From Candidatus Bathyarchaeota archaeon (GTDB lineage Archaea; Thermoproteota; Bathyarchaeia; Bathyarchaeales; Bathycorpusculaceae), in assembly GCA_963827165.1 (NCBI GenBank), contig CAWGZR010000003.1, positions 160,001-224,000 on the forward strand: 64,000 nucleotides of DNA. Direction: 5' to 3'. Made by a program: the position numbers and the translations under genes. Positions within the stretch are counted from its first letter, which is position 1. The number at the start of each line of letters is the position of its first letter. The notes beneath the pieces are model-generated. The model was given only the letters and a program-made list of their open reading frames with translations. It had not been told where the DNA came from and did not search any database. This document shows, piece after piece, positions 62,779 through 64,000 of this stretch.

Positions 62779-63129
62779 CTAAACTACGTAAGCTGAGCTG
62801 CCTGTCTTACCGTATGTCAAGTTGTTCTTTAACCAAGCCTCGCTTATCAAGCACCATTTTGAATTTGTTCCTTCGATCTGCAGTATCATTATCAAATCAA
62901 GTTTGTCTAACTTCGCATACTCCAGTAACATGTCGTAAGTTGACTTAGTGATTTCAATATCTAAGTCGTGAGGTGAATTATCGCCGGCTTGTTTGGCATG
63001 AAAAACAGCTTTTATTTTGTCTATACCATCTTGAATTTGAACCTTGACTTCGTTGACATAATATATTTTGTCGTTGTAACTAAGAATGACATTTCGCGCG
63101 TTGTCTGATTTGACTTCAGCATGCTCCAT
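62779..63129 (-). CDS. Hypothetical protein within the che operon
   Basis: 116-aa ORF with a GGAG RBS between cheA and cheW. Confidence 0.6.
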   Translation of the reverse strand: MEHAEVKSDNARNVILSYNDKIYYVNEVKVQIQDGIDKIKAVFHAKQAGDNSPHDLDIEITKSTYDMLLEYAKLDKLDLIMILQIEGTNSKWCLISEAWLKNNLTYGKTGSSAYVV

Positions 63130-63275
63130 TCTACAATCTCCACGCTGACAATGTCTAGTGAATTTGGATGATAAAGGCAGCATTCTAAAAACTGTAATAT
63201 TACGAATTTTGATATGTCAATAGAATTAACTAATAATTCTGTATGTCATCGATTTGAGGCTTGGGTCTTGTTGGT

Positions 63276-64000
63276 TCAAGATGAGTCTACATTCACTCCT
63301 TTTTTGAAGGCTTTGTTGACAAATTGCCCTACATCTAGAACCAGAACTACTTGTCCGTCGCCAAGGATTGTGGCACCGCTTATGCCTTTGATTCCTGAGC
63401 AAGCGCCATTCAAAGATTTAACCAGTATATCTTGTTGCTGCACTACAGAGTCAACCACTAAGCCTATTTTCGTGTTTTCGTCCGCAAGATACACAATGAG
63501 AAGCTCAAGTTCTGTCTCTTTTGAATCGGGTAACTTCAGAAGCTCGTGCAGATGAACCATCGGGACGACATGGTCTCTGACTATTATGGCGTTTGTCCGG
63601 CCCAGCGACTTGACGTCGCTTCTGTTAACTCTAACGATCTCTGAGACTTGGCTTGTCGGAATGGCGAACGTTTGAGCTGCATCTTTAACCAGGATTGCTT
63701 GGATAATTGCTAAGGTTATTGGAAGTTTAATAGTGGTTCTTGTTCCCTTCCCTATTTGACTTTCAATATGGACTGTGCCCCCCAAAGCGGTGATCTTGGT
63801 TTTGACTACGTCCATGCCTACGCCTCTGCCACTAGTATCAGTAACTTCTCTTGATGTTGAAAGGCCAGGTAAGAAAATTAAGTTAATCAATTGTTCTTTG
63901 CTCATTTTTTCCACCTCAGCTTGGGTTGCAAGACCTTTTTTGAGAGCTGCATCCTTAACGCTTTCAGGGTTTATTCCTGCCCCATCATCTCGCACTTCAA
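63276..64000 (-). CDS. cheA: Chemotaxis histidine kinase, C-terminal part (5' end outside window)
   Basis: DDGAGI, FLPGLST, SGRGVGMDVV, C-terminal CheW-like domain GATILGDG. Confidence 0.96.
   Translation of the reverse strand, partial: EVRDDGAGINPESVKDAALKKGLATQAEVEKMSKEQLINLIFLPGLSTSREVTDTSGRGVGMDVVKTKITALGGTVHIESQIGKGTRTTIKLPITLAIIQAILVKDAAQTFAIPTSQVSEIVRVNRSDVKSLGRTNAIIVRDHVVPMVHLHELLKLPDSKETELELLIVYLADENTKIGLVVDSVVQQQDILVKSLNGACSGIKGISGATILGDGQVVLVLDVGQFVNKAFKKGVNVDSS

Overview
Archaeal chromosome segment, most consistent with Bathyarchaeia (TACK). The assignment rests on TBP, TFS, eL38, a Cren7-like protein, a clustered methanofuran pathway and bacterial-type che genes. Housekeeping content: tbp, TtuA/NcsA, Fap7-type adenylate kinase, RNase P RNA, tRNA-Phe, tRNA-Val, nnr, tsr3, apt, mtnP, pncA, two ABC systems, an MMPL transporter, mfnBADFE plus a hisA-like gene, and the end of a cheA-cheW-cheB-MCP operon. 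Two features stand out beyond the ORF track. (1) A decayed ~2.6-kb tyrosine-integrase element appears to be inserted at the 3' end of the RNase P RNA gene. The rnpB 3' end is duplicated at 13931-13984, and a third att-like site lies at 13301-13326. (2) A conserved 30-bp intergenic motif (consensus ACTGTGTTTTGGTGATGCTTTYGTATACSG) occurs six times in both orientations between 40975 and 52334. The copies surround a 2.9-kb gene-poor stretch, two PD-(D/E)XK nuclease genes and a 10-bp-phased repeat array. Several sub-60-aa genes missed by the ORF track are also evident. Many single-base frameshifts suggest long-read assembly error, so pseudogene calls are provisional. All assignments come from motif recognition by eye; no database search was run.
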